A stretch of DNA of 64,000 nt from Gemmatimonadota bacterium. Lineage in GTDB: Bacteria > Gemmatimonadota > Gemmatimonadetes > Longimicrobiales > Gaopeijiaceae. The position numbers and the translations under genes were made by a program. The stretch covers positions 56,511 to 120,510 of the forward strand of contig JBDHIL010000010.1 in assembly GCA_039587465.1 (NCBI GenBank), read 5' to 3'. This document shows positions 1 through 10,575 of the stretch, piece after piece. Each line of letters starts with the position of its first letter. Within the stretch, counting starts at the first letter, position 1. Under the pieces are notes generated by a model. That model was not told where the DNA came from, did no database searches, and saw only the letters and a list, made by a program, of their open reading frames with translations.

Positions 1-102
1 CAGATCTTCCACGAACGAAGCCTCATGCTGGACCTTCTCGGGGTCCACGCCAAGCTCGTTGATGATGATCTCCTTGACCCGGGCCTCGATGGCCTCGCTC
101 AT
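1..102 (-). CDS. acpP: acyl carrier protein, N-terminal part only (gene runs off the window start)
   Basis: Reverse complement of 1-102 translates MSEAIEARVKEIIINELGVDPEKVQHEASFVEDL, a typical ACP N-terminus; ATG at complement 100-102; sits upstream of fabG as in the canonical fab cluster. Confidence 0.85.
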   Translation of the reverse strand, partial: MSEAIEARVKEIIINELGVDPEKVQHEASFVEDL

Positions 103-107
103 TAGGA

Positions 108-114
108 CCTCCTT
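108..114 (-). promoter_or_regulatory. Shine-Dalgarno AAGGAGG, 5 nt upstream of the acpP ATG
   Basis: Minus strand reads ccAAGGAGGtcctaATG. Confidence 0.6.
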
Positions 115-155
115 GGGGTGCATTATTGTGTTTCGTGCGTATGTGAGCGGCTCGG

Positions 156-899
156 CTACATCGCCATGCCGCCGTCGACAGACAGAATCTGGCCGGTAAT
201 GTAGCGGGCCCCGGGGCCCACGAGAAACCGTGCGACGCCAGCGACATCTTCCGCCTCTCCGAGCGCACCCAGGGGGATCGCTCCGAGGAGCGCCTCCACC
301 TGGGACTCAGTCAGTTCATCGGTCATATCGGTGCGAATGAAGCCGGGCGCAATGGCGTTGCATCGAATGCCTCTCGAAGCCAGTTCCTTCGCCACGCTCT
401 TGGTCAGTCCAATCAAGCCGGATTTCGAGGCGGAATAGTTGGCCTGCCCAGGGTTTCCGATGATCCCCACAACAGACGTGATATTGAGAATCACGCCCGC
501 GCGCCGTTTCATCATCCCACGGGTTACAGACCGTGTGAAGTTGAAGGCGCCCTTGAGGTTGATACTGATTACCTCATCAAATTCCTCATCCTTCATACGG
601 AGCAAGATGTTGTCGCGCGTGATCCCGGCGTTGTTGACCAGAATCGACAACGGACCCACCTCGGCTTCGACGCGCTTCACCGTCTCTGCGACCTGCCCCG
701 AATCGGCTACGTCGCACTGAAATCCAGCATGGCCGTCGCCGGGCAGCGCCGCCGCCGCAGCTTCGGCACGTTCTCCGTTCCGGGCCACAATGGCAACGGC
801 AGCACCCGCTTCGGCAAAAGCGTGACTGATTCCAAGCCCGATGCCCCGGGACCCCCCGGTGACGAGCGCGACCTGCCCCTCGAGTTCGCGTGCATTCAT
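156..899 (-). CDS. fabG: 3-oxoacyl-[ACP] reductase (SDR family)
   Basis: 247 aa; TGGSRGIG Rossmann motif; NAG, YSASK catalytic motifs; between fabD and acpP. Confidence 0.9.
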   Translation of the reverse strand: MNARELEGQVALVTGGSRGIGLGISHAFAEAGAAVAIVARNGERAEAAAAALPGDGHAGFQCDVADSGQVAETVKRVEAEVGPLSILVNNAGITRDNILLRMKDEEFDEVISINLKGAFNFTRSVTRGMMKRRAGVILNITSVVGIIGNPGQANYSASKSGLIGLTKSVAKELASRGIRCNAIAPGFIRTDMTDELTESQVEALLGAIPLGALGEAEDVAGVARFLVGPGARYITGQILSVDGGMAM

Positions 900-914
900 A
901 AATGCTCCCCTTCG

Positions 915-1832
915 CTATCCTGCCAAGCTCTGGATGTCTGCGGGCTCCCCGCACGACGAGCAAGGGAGCCCCTTCGCGTTTCTTCGGTTCAGACCGCTCA
1001 GGACGGTTCCAGGGCCGATCTCGAGGAATCGATCGACCCCCCGGGTGACCATGGTTCCTACCGTTTCGGTCCACCGAACTGGAGATGTAAGCTGCTCGAC
1101 CAACAGGTTTTTCGCTTGCGCACCGGAGGTAACCGCATCGGCTGTCACGTTGGAGACCACCGGAAACGCGGGATCCGAGAAATCCAGGGACTCCAGCTTC
1201 TCCCGGAGCCCATGGGCGGCGGGCTCCATCAGGGGCGAGTGGAACGCCCCGGACACATTCAGCTTCAAAACCCGTCGCGCCCCCGCTTCTCGGGCGAGAG
1301 CCATGCCCTGTTCGATCCCGGCCAGATCTCCACTGAGCACGATCTGCCCCGCTGAGTTGAAGTTCGCGGGTACGCAGATCCCCTCGTCTACCTTTTCACA
1401 CACCCCCACGATCGCCTCATCGTCGAGGCCGAGTACAGCCGCCATCGTCCCTGCCCTCTCCTGCCCGGCCTGATACATCAACACTCCACGGAGGCGAACC
1501 GCCTCGAGGGCCTCCGCATAGGACAGGGTTCCGGCGGCTACGTGGGCGGTGAATTCTCCCAGCGAATGCCCGGCCGCCATGGCCACCGGGCCAAGGCGCT
1601 CCTGCACCAGCCTCAGAACGGCAACCGAATGCACAAGAATGGCTGGTTGGGCGTTCTTGGTCAGGGTGAGTTCATGCTCCGGCCCTTCGGCCATCAGGCT
1701 ACTCAGGGCGAAACCGAGTATCTCGTCGGCCTCGGCCATGGTTGCCGCGGCCTCGGGATACGCCTCAGCGAGGGCCCGGCCCATCCCGACGAATTGGGAG
1801 CCTTGGCCGGGAAAGAGAAGTGCCAGCGTCAC
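915..1832 (-). CDS. fabD: malonyl CoA-ACP transacylase
   Basis: 305 aa; LFPGQGSQ and GHSLGE active-site motifs. Confidence 0.9.
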   Translation of the reverse strand: MTLALLFPGQGSQFVGMGRALAEAYPEAAATMAEADEILGFALSSLMAEGPEHELTLTKNAQPAILVHSVAVLRLVQERLGPVAMAAGHSLGEFTAHVAAGTLSYAEALEAVRLRGVLMYQAGQERAGTMAAVLGLDDEAIVGVCEKVDEGICVPANFNSAGQIVLSGDLAGIEQGMALAREAGARRVLKLNVSGAFHSPLMEPAAHGLREKLESLDFSDPAFPVVSNVTADAVTSGAQAKNLLVEQLTSPVRWTETVGTMVTRGVDRFLEIGPGTVLSGLNRRNAKGLPCSSCGEPADIQSLAG

Positions 1833-1867
1833 GTTGGTCTGCGTTGAGGGAGGGAGGATCGGATGTC

Positions 1868-2863
1868 CTAGAGGCGCCAGACCTGGGCACCCCAGGTAAG
1901 GCCGGCTCCGAACGCGGCGGTCAGAACGTGCGAGCCCTCGCCCACCAGTCCCTGCTCGATCGCCTCATCCAGCGCGACCGGAATCGTGGCAGAGCTCATG
2001 TTACCGTATCGGTCCAGGTTCACGTACACCTTCTCCGGCTCGATACCGGCGTACTTCGCGGTCGCGTCGATGATGCGAATGTTCGCCTGATGCGGGACCA
2101 TCAGGTCGATGTCGTCGGCCGTGAGACCCGCTTCGTGCAGTGCGATGTGACTTGCCTCGGCCATGGAGCGGACAGCGTTCTTGAAGATCTCGCGTCCCTC
2201 CATGCGCATCAGGTGCCTACCCCGATCCAGCACGTCCTGGCTGATCGGCTCCATGGCGCCACCGCCCGGACGGTACAGCAGTTCTGCCAGGTTGCCGTCA
2301 GAGCGCAGGTGACTGGACAGGATGCCCCGGTTCGTGGTTCCCGACGGCCTCACGACCGCGGCCCCCGCGCCATCGCCGAAGAGTACGCAGGTGGCACGGT
2401 CCTCCCAGTCGAGGATCGCGCTCATCTTCTCCGTTGAGATGACGAGCGCTACCTCACCGCGGCCGGCGGCCAGGTATCCCTCGGCCATCGCAAGGCCGTA
2501 GATGAATCCGCTGCACGCTGCCATGAGGTCGAAGGCCACCGCGTTGCCGCATCCCAGGAGCGCCTGCGCGTCACAGGCCGTGGACGGGAGCCAGCGGTCG
2601 GGCGTGGCCGTCGAGAGGATGATGATGTCGACCTCACCGACGTCGACGCCACCACGTTCCATGGCTATCCGAGCCGCACGCGCCCCCATCTCGGCAGCTC
2701 CGACGTCGTCCGCTTCGATGCGCCGAGCGCTGATACCCGTGCGTGTCCGAATCCACTCATCAGACGTCTCGATCCGCTTCGCCAGGTCCTCGTTCGTGAC
2801 GATATTGTCCGGCAGATATCGTCCGGTCGACACGATCCGCGCCATCGGCTTTGGATGCCTCAT
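1868..2863 (-). CDS. fabH: 3-oxoacyl-ACP synthase III
   Basis: 331 aa; KAS III-like sequence (ACSGF active-site region); start may be the downstream MARIV. Confidence 0.9.
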   Translation of the reverse strand: MRHPKPMARIVSTGRYLPDNIVTNEDLAKRIETSDEWIRTRTGISARRIEADDVGAAEMGARAARIAMERGGVDVGEVDIIILSTATPDRWLPSTACDAQALLGCGNAVAFDLMAACSGFIYGLAMAEGYLAAGRGEVALVISTEKMSAILDWEDRATCVLFGDGAGAAVVRPSGTTNRGILSSHLRSDGNLAELLYRPGGGAMEPISQDVLDRGRHLMRMEGREIFKNAVRSMAEASHIALHEAGLTADDIDLMVPHQANIRIIDATAKYAGIEPEKVYVNLDRYGNMSSATIPVALDEAIEQGLVGEGSHVLTAAFGAGLTWGAQVWRL

Positions 2864-3915
2864 GAGCCCCCCTCGGTCTTTGGAGCACCAAGCTCCGTGG
2901 TGATGTGGCCGACCATTCCCGAGCCCACAGCGCGGGCCGCCACGCCCAAGGCGTTCCGAATTGCCTTCGGGGACGACTGGCCGTGGCAGATGATCGAGAC
3001 TCCGCCGACTCCCAGCAGAGGGGCACCTCCGTACTCCGAGTAGTCCAGCACCCGGAAATCCCGCTCCAGATCGGGCCCGTCCATGCTCAGTCCTTTGTTG
3101 TTTCGCAGAAGGCCGATGATGAACTGAGCCACCGATTCATAGAACTTCAACAAGACATTTCCCACGAAGCCGTCCGCCACCACGACGTCACACACGCCCT
3201 GGATGATGTCCCGTCCCTCGACGTTTCCCACGAAGCGGATCCCGGGCGCACGGCTCAGCAGCCGGTGCGCCTCCACGGACAGCTCGTTCCCCTTCTCAGC
3301 TTCCTCGCCGATGTTGAGCAACGCTACGCGGGGCTTGTCCCGCCCCATGATGTCTTCGGCGTACACGTTCCCCAGATGTGCGAACTGAACGAGATGGTGC
3401 GGCTTGCAGTCGACATTGGCTCCGGCGTCCAGCAACAGGCACGGGAGCTTCGACGTCGGCAGCAGGGCTCCAATGGCGGGCCGATCGACTCCGGGAAGCG
3501 GCCGAAGGGTCAACAAGGAGGTCGCCATGACCGCGCCCGTGTTCCCACCGCTCACAAACGCGTCCGCGTGGCCCTGCTTCTGAAGCCTGAGGCCGACCAC
3601 GATCGATGACAGGGGCATGCGCCTGAGCACAGTGGCCGCAGCGTCGCTGGCCGCAACTCGGTCCGGGGCGTGGTGGATGCTCAGCCGGCTATCGGGCACA
3701 AGCCCGTGCTTCTCGAGCTCGGCCTCCAGGGGCTCACGATCCCCAACCAGGATGATCTCGCACTCCGGCCCTAGATCGTGCATAGCCTGGACCGCGCCCG
3801 CGACCTCGGCCACCGGTGCCGTGTCCGTGCCCATTGCATCCAGGGCGATGCGCACCTTGGATACCGGACTAGTCGCCGTCGACCTCGAGGACCGCCTCGC
3901 TCCGATAGTGCCCAC
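2860..3915 (-). CDS. plsX: phosphate acyltransferase PlsX
   Basis: PlsX-like sequence (VRIALDAMGTD... GGNTGA); overlaps fabH by 4 bp; true start probably about 60 nt inside the ORF. Confidence 0.85.
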   Translation of the reverse strand: MGTIGARRSSRSTATSPVSKVRIALDAMGTDTAPVAEVAGAVQAMHDLGPECEIILVGDREPLEAELEKHGLVPDSRLSIHHAPDRVAASDAAATVLRRMPLSSIVVGLRLQKQGHADAFVSGGNTGAVMATSLLTLRPLPGVDRPAIGALLPTSKLPCLLLDAGANVDCKPHHLVQFAHLGNVYAEDIMGRDKPRVALLNIGEEAEKGNELSVEAHRLLSRAPGIRFVGNVEGRDIIQGVCDVVVADGFVGNVLLKFYESVAQFIIGLLRNNKGLSMDGPDLERDFRVLDYSEYGGAPLLGVGGVSIICHGQSSPKAIRNALGVAARAVGSGMVGHITTELGAPKTEGGS

Positions 3916-4051
3916 AAGTCGGGCAAACTCGATGCGGGCGCTTCGGATCGCCGCACTTCGGGCAGGCGTGCGTCGTCACGGCCTCGGCCTTGTAGTGGGT
4001 GCGCCGCTTCCGCTTCCGCTGCTTGGAGGTGCGCTTCTTGGGGACAGCCAT
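3869..4051 (-). CDS. rpmF: 50S ribosomal protein L32
   Basis: MAVPKKRTSKQRKRKRRTHYK...CPKCG...CPTCGHY; start taken at the internal ATG of the 72-aa ORF. Confidence 0.9.
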   Translation of the reverse strand: MAVPKKRTSKQRKRKRRTHYKAEAVTTHACPKCGDPKRPHRVCPTCGHYRSEAVLEVDGD

Positions 4052-4058
4052 ATCCTGC

Positions 4059-4571
4059 CTACTCTTTTTGGAGCGCCCGAAGTACATCCCACCTGGGATC
4101 GGCTCGGTCCTCGGTGCACTGGCACGAATCGGTGTTCCGATTCACGCCGCACCCGGGACAAAGACCCTTGCACTCCGGCTCGCAAACAACGTACAGGTCG
4201 ATGGCGAGGACCAATTCCTCGCGCACCGGCACACTCAAATCCAACTCAAACGCCCGCGCATCGAACACGCGCGCATCTCCATCATCCTCCGCCCCCGGGG
4301 TATCGGACGGCACGAACACCAGCGTGACGTCCCGATACAGCTTCCCCGAAACCGGCTCCAAACAGCGACGACATTCCTGAACGTAGCTCGTCGCAACGCT
4401 GCCACGGACCACGATCTCGCCAGTCCCGGCCGAGGACCCACGTAGTTCGATCTCGACAGGATCCTGCAGCGCAACGCCTATATCGTCCCACAGCGGATCA
4501 TCTGCAGGAACCCGGGCCTCGACCACGACGGAGCCTTCCCGTCCCAGCCGAGCGAGATTCAACCTGAGCAT
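4059..4571 (-). CDS. YceD/DUF177 family protein
   Basis: C-terminal CxxC...CxxC motif (CKGLCPGCGVNRNTDSCQC); conserved position upstream of rpmF; start taken at MLRLNL (ATG 4569-4571 complement). Confidence 0.75.
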   Translation of the reverse strand: MLRLNLARLGREGSVVVEARVPADDPLWDDIGVALQDPVEIELRGSSAGTGEIVVRGSVATSYVQECRRCLEPVSGKLYRDVTLVFVPSDTPGAEDDGDARVFDARAFELDLSVPVREELVLAIDLYVVCEPECKGLCPGCGVNRNTDSCQCTEDRADPRWDVLRALQKE

Positions 4572-4638
4572 AGCTTGAAAAGTTAGACGAAGGCCTCGGG
4601 GGTGTCCACACCCTTCTGCCATTCTGACGGTGCGAAAG

Positions 4639-5064
4639 TCAGCCTGAGATCTCGATCCGCTCGGACGTCGAAAAGAAGAAGGCGCTCTCGATCGCAGCGT
4701 TCTCCTCCGAGTCGGACCCGTGAACGGCGTTCCGCCCCTTCGACTCCGCATAGAGCTTTCGCACGGTGCCCTCCGCAGCCTCAGCCGGGTCGGTCGCGCC
4801 GATCGTGTCGCGGTACACAGCTACGGCGTCCTCGCGCTCCAGGATCATCGGAATCACCGGTCCTGAAGTCATGAACTCCACCAACTCGGCGTAGAACGGA
4901 CGCTCTCGGTGCACCGCGTAGAACTCACGCGCCTGCGCCTCACTGAGACGGGTCAACTTCATCGCCTGCACCGTGAAACCAGCGGCCTCGAGATGGGCAA
5001 TGATCTTGCCGGCCTTCCCTGCCTCGACGGCGTCGGGCTTGATGATGGCCAAGGTCTGACTCAT
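4639..5064 (-). CDS. ndk: nucleoside diphosphate kinase
   Basis: 141 aa; LAIIKPDAV ... NAVHGSDS motifs. Confidence 0.9.
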   Translation of the reverse strand: MSQTLAIIKPDAVEAGKAGKIIAHLEAAGFTVQAMKLTRLSEAQAREFYAVHRERPFYAELVEFMTSGPVIPMILEREDAVAVYRDTIGATDPAEAAEGTVRKLYAESKGRNAVHGSDSEENAAIESAFFFSTSERIEISG

Positions 5065-5078
5065 GAATCGATGTCCCT

Positions 5079-5540
5079 TCAGGTTGTTGGATCTTCTTCG
5101 TCATTGTCGGAGTCCTCGACGCCACTGAGGGTCCTGAGGACCGAGTCCCGCGTGATGAAGCCGATGAATTCACCTTCTCTGACCACAGGAAGCTGTTCCA
5201 CATCGCGGTTCACCAGCATGTTGGCCGCCTCCGTGAGTGGCTGATCCTCCGACACGCAGAGTACGGAGCGGGTCATCACGTCCCTTGCGACCGGCGGCGT
5301 CCGATCGTCTGCACTGGAGTCTTGGCGTCCGGGGCCGCCCCAGCTGAGGGTGTAGGCTAGGGCGTCACCGGACGTGAGAATCCCGAGCACCTCGTACTGC
5401 TCTCCCACCACCGGCAACGCATGCAGCCTCCGCCTCACCATGAGGCCCACGATCTCCGGCAGAGGCGTGTCCGGATAGATCCGATACGTCGACAGCACGA
5501 GCGCGTCCGACACCTTCGGCTTTGGGGCGTTTTCGTCCAT
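5079..5540 (-). CDS. CBS domain pair protein
   Basis: 153 aa with two CBS-like segments (ALPVV..., EQLPVV...) and an acidic C-terminus. Confidence 0.6.
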   Translation of the reverse strand: MDENAPKPKVSDALVLSTYRIYPDTPLPEIVGLMVRRRLHALPVVGEQYEVLGILTSGDALAYTLSWGGPGRQDSSADDRTPPVARDVMTRSVLCVSEDQPLTEAANMLVNRDVEQLPVVREGEFIGFITRDSVLRTLSGVEDSDNDEEDPTT

Positions 5541-5627
5541 GACTGCTCCTCGTCCGGCACCGTCCAGCCCTGACGGGCCGACGGCGTCGAACTGTGAGGC
5601 CCATCCCTCCCGGGACGAGCCCGTTTC

Positions 5628-6512
5628 TCACGCCAGCGCGTCTTGAATCAGGCCCACGATATCTACCGGACGCTCCGCAACCGCGATCCCGTTGTCCTCG
5701 AACGCCTGTATCTTCTCTGCCGCTGTGCCGGCTGACCCGCTGATGATGGCTCCCGCATGGCCCATCCTGCGCCCGGGAGGGGCGGTCCGACCCGCGATGA
5801 AGCCAACCACCGGTTTGGACATGTGATCGCTCACGTACGCCGCGGCCTCCTGTTCGTCGGTTCCGCCGATCTCACCGATCATGACCACCGCCGTGGTATC
5901 GGCGTCGGCCTCGAAGGCTTCCAGACAATCGATGAAGTTGGTGCCGATGAGCGGGTCGCCCCCGATCCCGACGCAGGTCGTCTGGCCGAGGCCGACGTTG
6001 GTGAGCTGGTAGACCGCCTCATAGGTCAACGTCCCGGATCGGGACACGAGGCCGATGGGCCCCTCTGCGACGATCTGAGCCGGTAGAATGCCCACCTTGG
6101 ACTTTCCCGGAGAGATCAGGCCGGGGCAGTTCGGGCCCAGGACCCGCACGCCCAGGTCACGAGCGAAGGCGTGGGCTCGGGCCATGTCCTGCACCGGAAT
6201 GCCCTCCGTGATGGCCACGACGAAGGAGACGCCCGAATCGGCGGCTTCCATGACCGCACTCCCGGCGAACGCGGGCGGCACGTAGATCACCGACGCATTC
6301 GCACCGGTCGTGGCTACAGCCTCGTCCATCGAGTTGAAGATCGGGACCTTCATGCCCCCGGGGCCCTCAAAGGTCCGGCCGCCCTTGCCCGGCGTCACGC
6401 CAGCCACCACCTGGGTGCCGTACTCCATCATCTGGCCCGTGTGGAACGAACCGTCCCGGCCGGTAATCCCCTGTACGACCAGACGGGTATCGCTATCGAT
6501 GAAAATCGCCAT
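5628..6512 (-). CDS. sucD: succinyl-CoA synthetase alpha subunit
   Basis: 294 aa; CoA-binding VQGITG and catalytic His-loop GHAGAIISG. Confidence 0.92.
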   Translation of the reverse strand: MAIFIDSDTRLVVQGITGRDGSFHTGQMMEYGTQVVAGVTPGKGGRTFEGPGGMKVPIFNSMDEAVATTGANASVIYVPPAFAGSAVMEAADSGVSFVVAITEGIPVQDMARAHAFARDLGVRVLGPNCPGLISPGKSKVGILPAQIVAEGPIGLVSRSGTLTYEAVYQLTNVGLGQTTCVGIGGDPLIGTNFIDCLEAFEADADTTAVVMIGEIGGTDEQEAAAYVSDHMSKPVVGFIAGRTAPPGRRMGHAGAIISGSAGTAAEKIQAFEDNGIAVAERPVDIVGLIQDALA

Positions 6513-6518
6513 GGTCGG

Positions 6519-7652
6519 CTACGCCTTTGCCAGTTGAACGGCCTTCTCGACCACCTCGTCCATCGAGGTGTAGGCTGAGAAGCCGGCTTTTTCGAGGATC
6601 TTCACACCCAACTCTTCGTTCGTACCGGTAAGCCGGATCACGATCGGGGGCCCCACTTCAATGCGGCTCGTGGCCTCGACAATGCCGTTAGCCACGTCGT
6701 CGCAGCGTGTGATGCCCCCGAAGATGTTGAACAGGATGGCCTTCACATTGGGATCCGCCGTGATGATCTCCAGTGCAGTGACGACTTTGTCGGGATTGGA
6801 CGAGCCACCGATATCCAGGAAGTTAGCTGGCTCACCTCCGTAGTACTTCACCAAGTCCATCGTCGCCATCGCGAGCCCTGCGCCGTTCACGCAGCAGCCC
6901 ACGTCGCCGTCCAGCTTCACATAGCTCAGCCCTGCCTCGCGCGCCTTGATCTCCGCCTCGGGCTCGTCTGAGGAGTCCCTCATGGCCGCGACCTCCGGCC
7001 GCCGGAAGAGCTCGGAGTCGTCGACGCTCATCTTGGCGTCGATGGCCAGCACCTCACCCTCCGGCGTGGTGATGAGCGGATTGATCTCGGCCATCGAAGC
7101 TCCCGAGTCCACGAACGCACGGTAGAGTTGTGCGATGACCTTGGTCGCCTGCTTGATGATGGACGGATCGTCGTAGAGGAAGTTGGCCAGCCACTGCGCT
7201 TGGTGAGTCAGCAGACCGTAGCGAGGATCGACCCTCAGCTTCCGGATCGCGTCGGGGTTGGTGACCGCGACCTCCTCGATGTCGACGCCCCCCTCGGCCG
7301 AAACCATGAAGGTCGGCGCTTGGCTCGCACGGTCCATGAGCACCCCGACGTACGCCTCGGTCGCGATATCCACGGCCGGCGTTACGAGGACCTTTTCCAC
7401 GGTCAGACCTTTGATGTCCATGCCGAGGATGTCGGTCGCGTATTCGCGCGCCTCTTCGGGGGTCTTGGCCAACTTCACGCCGCCAGCCTTACCCCGACCA
7501 CCGGAGTGGACCTGGGCCTTCACGACGACCATCTCGCCATACCCGCGGGCGAGCGCCTCAGCCTCGTCCGGCGTCGTGGCGACCTCTCCGGGAGGCACGG
7601 GCATGCCCGCGGCCCGGAAGCGTTCTTTCGCCTGATATTCGTGGATATTCAT
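6519..7652 (-). CDS. sucC: succinyl-CoA synthetase beta subunit
   Basis: 377 aa; [10 protein letters not shown]... ATP-grasp N-terminus; adjacent to sucD. Confidence 0.92.
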   Translation of the reverse strand: MNIHEYQAKERFRAAGMPVPPGEVATTPDEAEALARGYGEMVVVKAQVHSGGRGKAGGVKLAKTPEEAREYATDILGMDIKGLTVEKVLVTPAVDIATEAYVGVLMDRASQAPTFMVSAEGGVDIEEVAVTNPDAIRKLRVDPRYGLLTHQAQWLANFLYDDPSIIKQATKVIAQLYRAFVDSGASMAEINPLITTPEGEVLAIDAKMSVDDSELFRRPEVAAMRDSSDEPEAEIKAREAGLSYVKLDGDVGCCVNGAGLAMATMDLVKYYGGEPANFLDIGGSSNPDKVVTALEIITADPNVKAILFNIFGGITRCDDVANGIVEATSRIEVGPPIVIRLTGTNEELGVKILEKAGFSAYTSMDEVVEKAVQLAKA

Positions 7653-7758
7653 GCGCTCGCTTGGTTTGCTCGTAGGGTCGGTGCGGACGCACCGGCGGAC
7701 CCCTGCTGAGGGCGGCTGATACAGAGCCTGATGAAGCTACCAGAGGGCTTCAGGGGGA

Positions 7759-10575
7759 TCAAGGAATGGAAGCGCCGCCGGGCTCACCGAGCTCCTGAAG
7801 CAGAGTTCGCAACTCCTCCAACGTCTCCCCGAAGCCCTGCCAGTCACCTGTCCTGAGCTTCGATTCGGCGAGGTCCAGAAGCTCGAGGGCCGCTTCCGGC
7901 CATTCCCCCGTCGTCATAGTACGGGCAGGGCCAGCGGACGCTTCTCCTTCTGTCTCCGAGAGCGGCAGCGACACCGTCATCCCCGCGAGCTCCCGGATCG
8001 CGCCTTCGAGGTCTTCGGTCATGGCGACACGACGCCCATCGCTGACCACGAAGCGGCGCAGCTCGGGGATGGCGTCGGCGGCTGCCGCCAGGAACACGGA
8101 CTCCATGTAGAGAAGCCTCCCCCCTGCCGGGATGAGGTGAAGGTGCCCGGTCCAGACGTCGCTGCCTCCCGTTCGCCAGAGCGAGAACTGCTGCGAAATC
8201 TGCGGATCCTGCTCTACCAGCGCCTCCACCTGCCTCGGGCCTGGGGCCTGGTCCTCAACCGGAACGTCGAACAGCACGAGTTCCGGTCGCCCTCGCTCGT
8301 CGACCCGAGCCACCAGGATCGCGGTGAGGTTCTGTCGGCCCAGGGGCACGAAGACCGTGGTGAGGTTGAAGCGGGGCTCCTCGCCCGGCAAAGCGTAGAT
8401 ACCGTACTCGGGCCTGTAGGGCACCGGTGTCGTGCCCTGAGCGAACTCCCGCGGATGAGCCCAGACGTCCTGCTGACCATGGAATACGGGCGCATCGTCC
8501 TGGTGGTACTGCAGGAGCACCTCCGCCTGAAGGCTCAAGAGGGCCTTCGGGTACCTGATGTGGTCGCGAATGACGCGGGGCATCTCCTCCAGGGGCTTGA
8601 GCAGCCCCGGGAACGCGGTGTCATAGGCGTCGATGAGAGGGTCATCGATCGGGACACGGTAGAAATCCACCTTCCCGGACACCCCGTCGACGACGACCTT
8701 CACGCTGTTTCGCGCGTAACTGACCCGTCTCCCGAAGTTCAGGTCGCCCGGCGTGGAAAGCGGGAACGCCCGGGTAGCGCTGAAGCCCTCCATGACCCAC
8801 ACCACCCGTCCCCCCGCCACGACCGGGTACGGCGCACTGGGAAAGCGAAGGAAGGGGGCGATGGCGGCGACCCGCTCAGCAACCCGTCTCCGGAACACGA
8901 AGCGGCTGCCCTCGCCGATCTCCGAGGAGAAGAGGAGGTTCGCGTCTCTGAACCGCCATGCCAACGCAGCCTTTCGGAACAAACCCTCGATCCGGATGCC
9001 GGACGGGAAGTCGACGCCTTCCACTCCCGCTGCACCGGTGGGATCCCTGAACTGGTCGTCGCCGGGGTTCACGACCGCGTACATCTGCGGACGGGCACCG
9101 AAGAACACCTGCGGTCGGGACAGTCGGAGGGAATCCAGTCCTACCCCCTGTGTCGAGAACTCGGGAGGAATCCCGGACACGAGCATCTCCGGGCGTCCCT
9201 CAGGAGTCCTCTGCGTAGCCAGGCTGGCGACCACACCCACGCCCCCGATGTACCGCTCGCGGATGTGGAGATTCTGCCAATTCGGATCACCGATCCCGGT
9301 CGGATCGACCTCCCTGACGGAAAGGGCCACGGGGACCGGTCCGGACGGCGTCATGTAGCGGTCGATCGTCGCGTCGGCGAAGTCGTAATACGGATACCTG
9401 GCTTCGAGCTCCCGATACGTGGTGAGCAGGGCTCCCTCGGTCCACACCGGAAGGCCCGCGAACTGCTGCGTGACGTAGTCCCAGTCCACGGCCTCGTCCG
9501 AGCGGTACGGGAAGATGCGTCGCTCCATCTCGTCGAGTCCGAAGCCCCGGCGCGTGAAGTCGATGTTGTGCTCGATATAGGGAGCCTCGCGGTCCAGCTC
9601 ATTCGGCTCCACCTGGAATCGCTGCACCAGGCTCGGGTAGAACTGACCGATGACCACGGACGCGATCGCCACGGTCACCATGGACGCCACCAACGGCCCC
9701 AGGCGGTTCTTCCACGTGCCCCACAGTACCCCGGCGGACGCCACGAAGCAGATGATCGCGAGGGTCTGGAGAGCCGGCAGCCGTGCCTGAGCATCTGCGT
9801 ACCCAAAGATGCCCTGAACGCTGGACGAGCCGTCGAGGAGCAACAGGAAGCGACCCAGCCACAGCCTCATCCCAAGCAGCACGAAGAAGCCGCTCAAAAG
9901 CGCGCCTAGATGCAAGCGTGCGCTTCTGGTCATGGAGAATGCAGTCCCCTTGCCCCACTGCAGCGCTCCGGTAGCCGCATACCCGGCACCGGCCAGGGTG
10001 AACACCAGGAACGTGGCCACGAGGGCGAACGTCACCGCACTGCCGAACACGGGCAGGGAGAACACGTAGAAGCTCAGGTCCCGGCCCAGCACAGGGTCGG
10101 CTACGCCCCACGGTACTCCTGTCACCAAGAGGAGCGCCTGGATCCCGAGGGAGCGCGGCACGGCCGCCCCGAACCACGACCCCATAAGCAGCGACAACCC
10201 GACGAGGCTCCAAACGAGGTATGCCTGCGGAAGCTGTTCGGATATCTCCAGATTGCCGAACCGACGCTTGATCTGAATGCCGCCCAAGCTGCGGATGATG
10301 AGCCGCAGGTTCAGGAAGACGAACAGGGCCGCGGCCACCCCGCTTCCCAACCGGGCGCCCCACTCCCAGATCACCCTACGCCAGAACACCGAGCCGTACC
10401 CCACGTCGGCTTGCCAGAGGATCTCGACCATGGCTGTGGTCGCGAGCCGGCCCATGGCGACCACCACGCCGATCGCGACCACCAGCGCTATGAGCAGACG
10501 TCCGCCTCGCAGCGACCTCAAGAAAGCACCCAAGCTAAACCTCCACGCCCTGACCACGGAGCCAGTCGTAGACAT
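7759..10575 (-). CDS. UPF0182/COG1615-like large membrane protein (family call tentative)
   Basis: About 940 aa; N-terminal multi-TM region followed by a very large soluble region; WQADVGYGSVFWRRV motif recalled as typical of the family; start chosen at MSTTG to avoid overlapping the downstream gene end. Confidence 0.6.
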   Translation of the reverse strand: MSTTGSVVRAWRFSLGAFLRSLRGGRLLIALVVAIGVVVAMGRLATTAMVEILWQADVGYGSVFWRRVIWEWGARLGSGVAAALFVFLNLRLIIRSLGGIQIKRRFGNLEISEQLPQAYLVWSLVGLSLLMGSWFGAAVPRSLGIQALLLVTGVPWGVADPVLGRDLSFYVFSLPVFGSAVTFALVATFLVFTLAGAGYAATGALQWGKGTAFSMTRSARLHLGALLSGFFVLLGMRLWLGRFLLLLDGSSSVQGIFGYADAQARLPALQTLAIICFVASAGVLWGTWKNRLGPLVASMVTVAIASVVIGQFYPSLVQRFQVEPNELDREAPYIEHNIDFTRRGFGLDEMERRIFPYRSDEAVDWDYVTQQFAGLPVWTEGALLTTYRELEARYPYYDFADATIDRYMTPSGPVPVALSVREVDPTGIGDPNWQNLHIRERYIGGVGVVASLATQRTPEGRPEMLVSGIPPEFSTQGVGLDSLRLSRPQVFFGARPQMYAVVNPGDDQFRDPTGAAGVEGVDFPSGIRIEGLFRKAALAWRFRDANLLFSSEIGEGSRFVFRRRVAERVAAIAPFLRFPSAPYPVVAGGRVVWVMEGFSATRAFPLSTPGDLNFGRRVSYARNSVKVVVDGVSGKVDFYRVPIDDPLIDAYDTAFPGLLKPLEEMPRVIRDHIRYPKALLSLQAEVLLQYHQDDAPVFHGQQDVWAHPREFAQGTTPVPYRPEYGIYALPGEEPRFNLTTVFVPLGRQNLTAILVARVDERGRPELVLFDVPVEDQAPGPRQVEALVEQDPQISQQFSLWRTGGSDVWTGHLHLIPAGGRLLYMESVFLAAAADAIPELRRFVVSDGRRVAMTEDLEGAIRELAGMTVSLPLSETEGEASAGPARTMTTGEWPEAALELLDLAESKLRTGDWQGFGETLEELRTLLQELGEPGGASIP

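Noticed and set aside
8137-9909. 590-aa ORF on the plus strand antisense to the UPF0182 gene
   Set aside because: Low-complexity Arg/Gly/His-rich translation typical of spurious antisense ORFs in high-GC DNA; the minus-strand gene has coherent domain structure.
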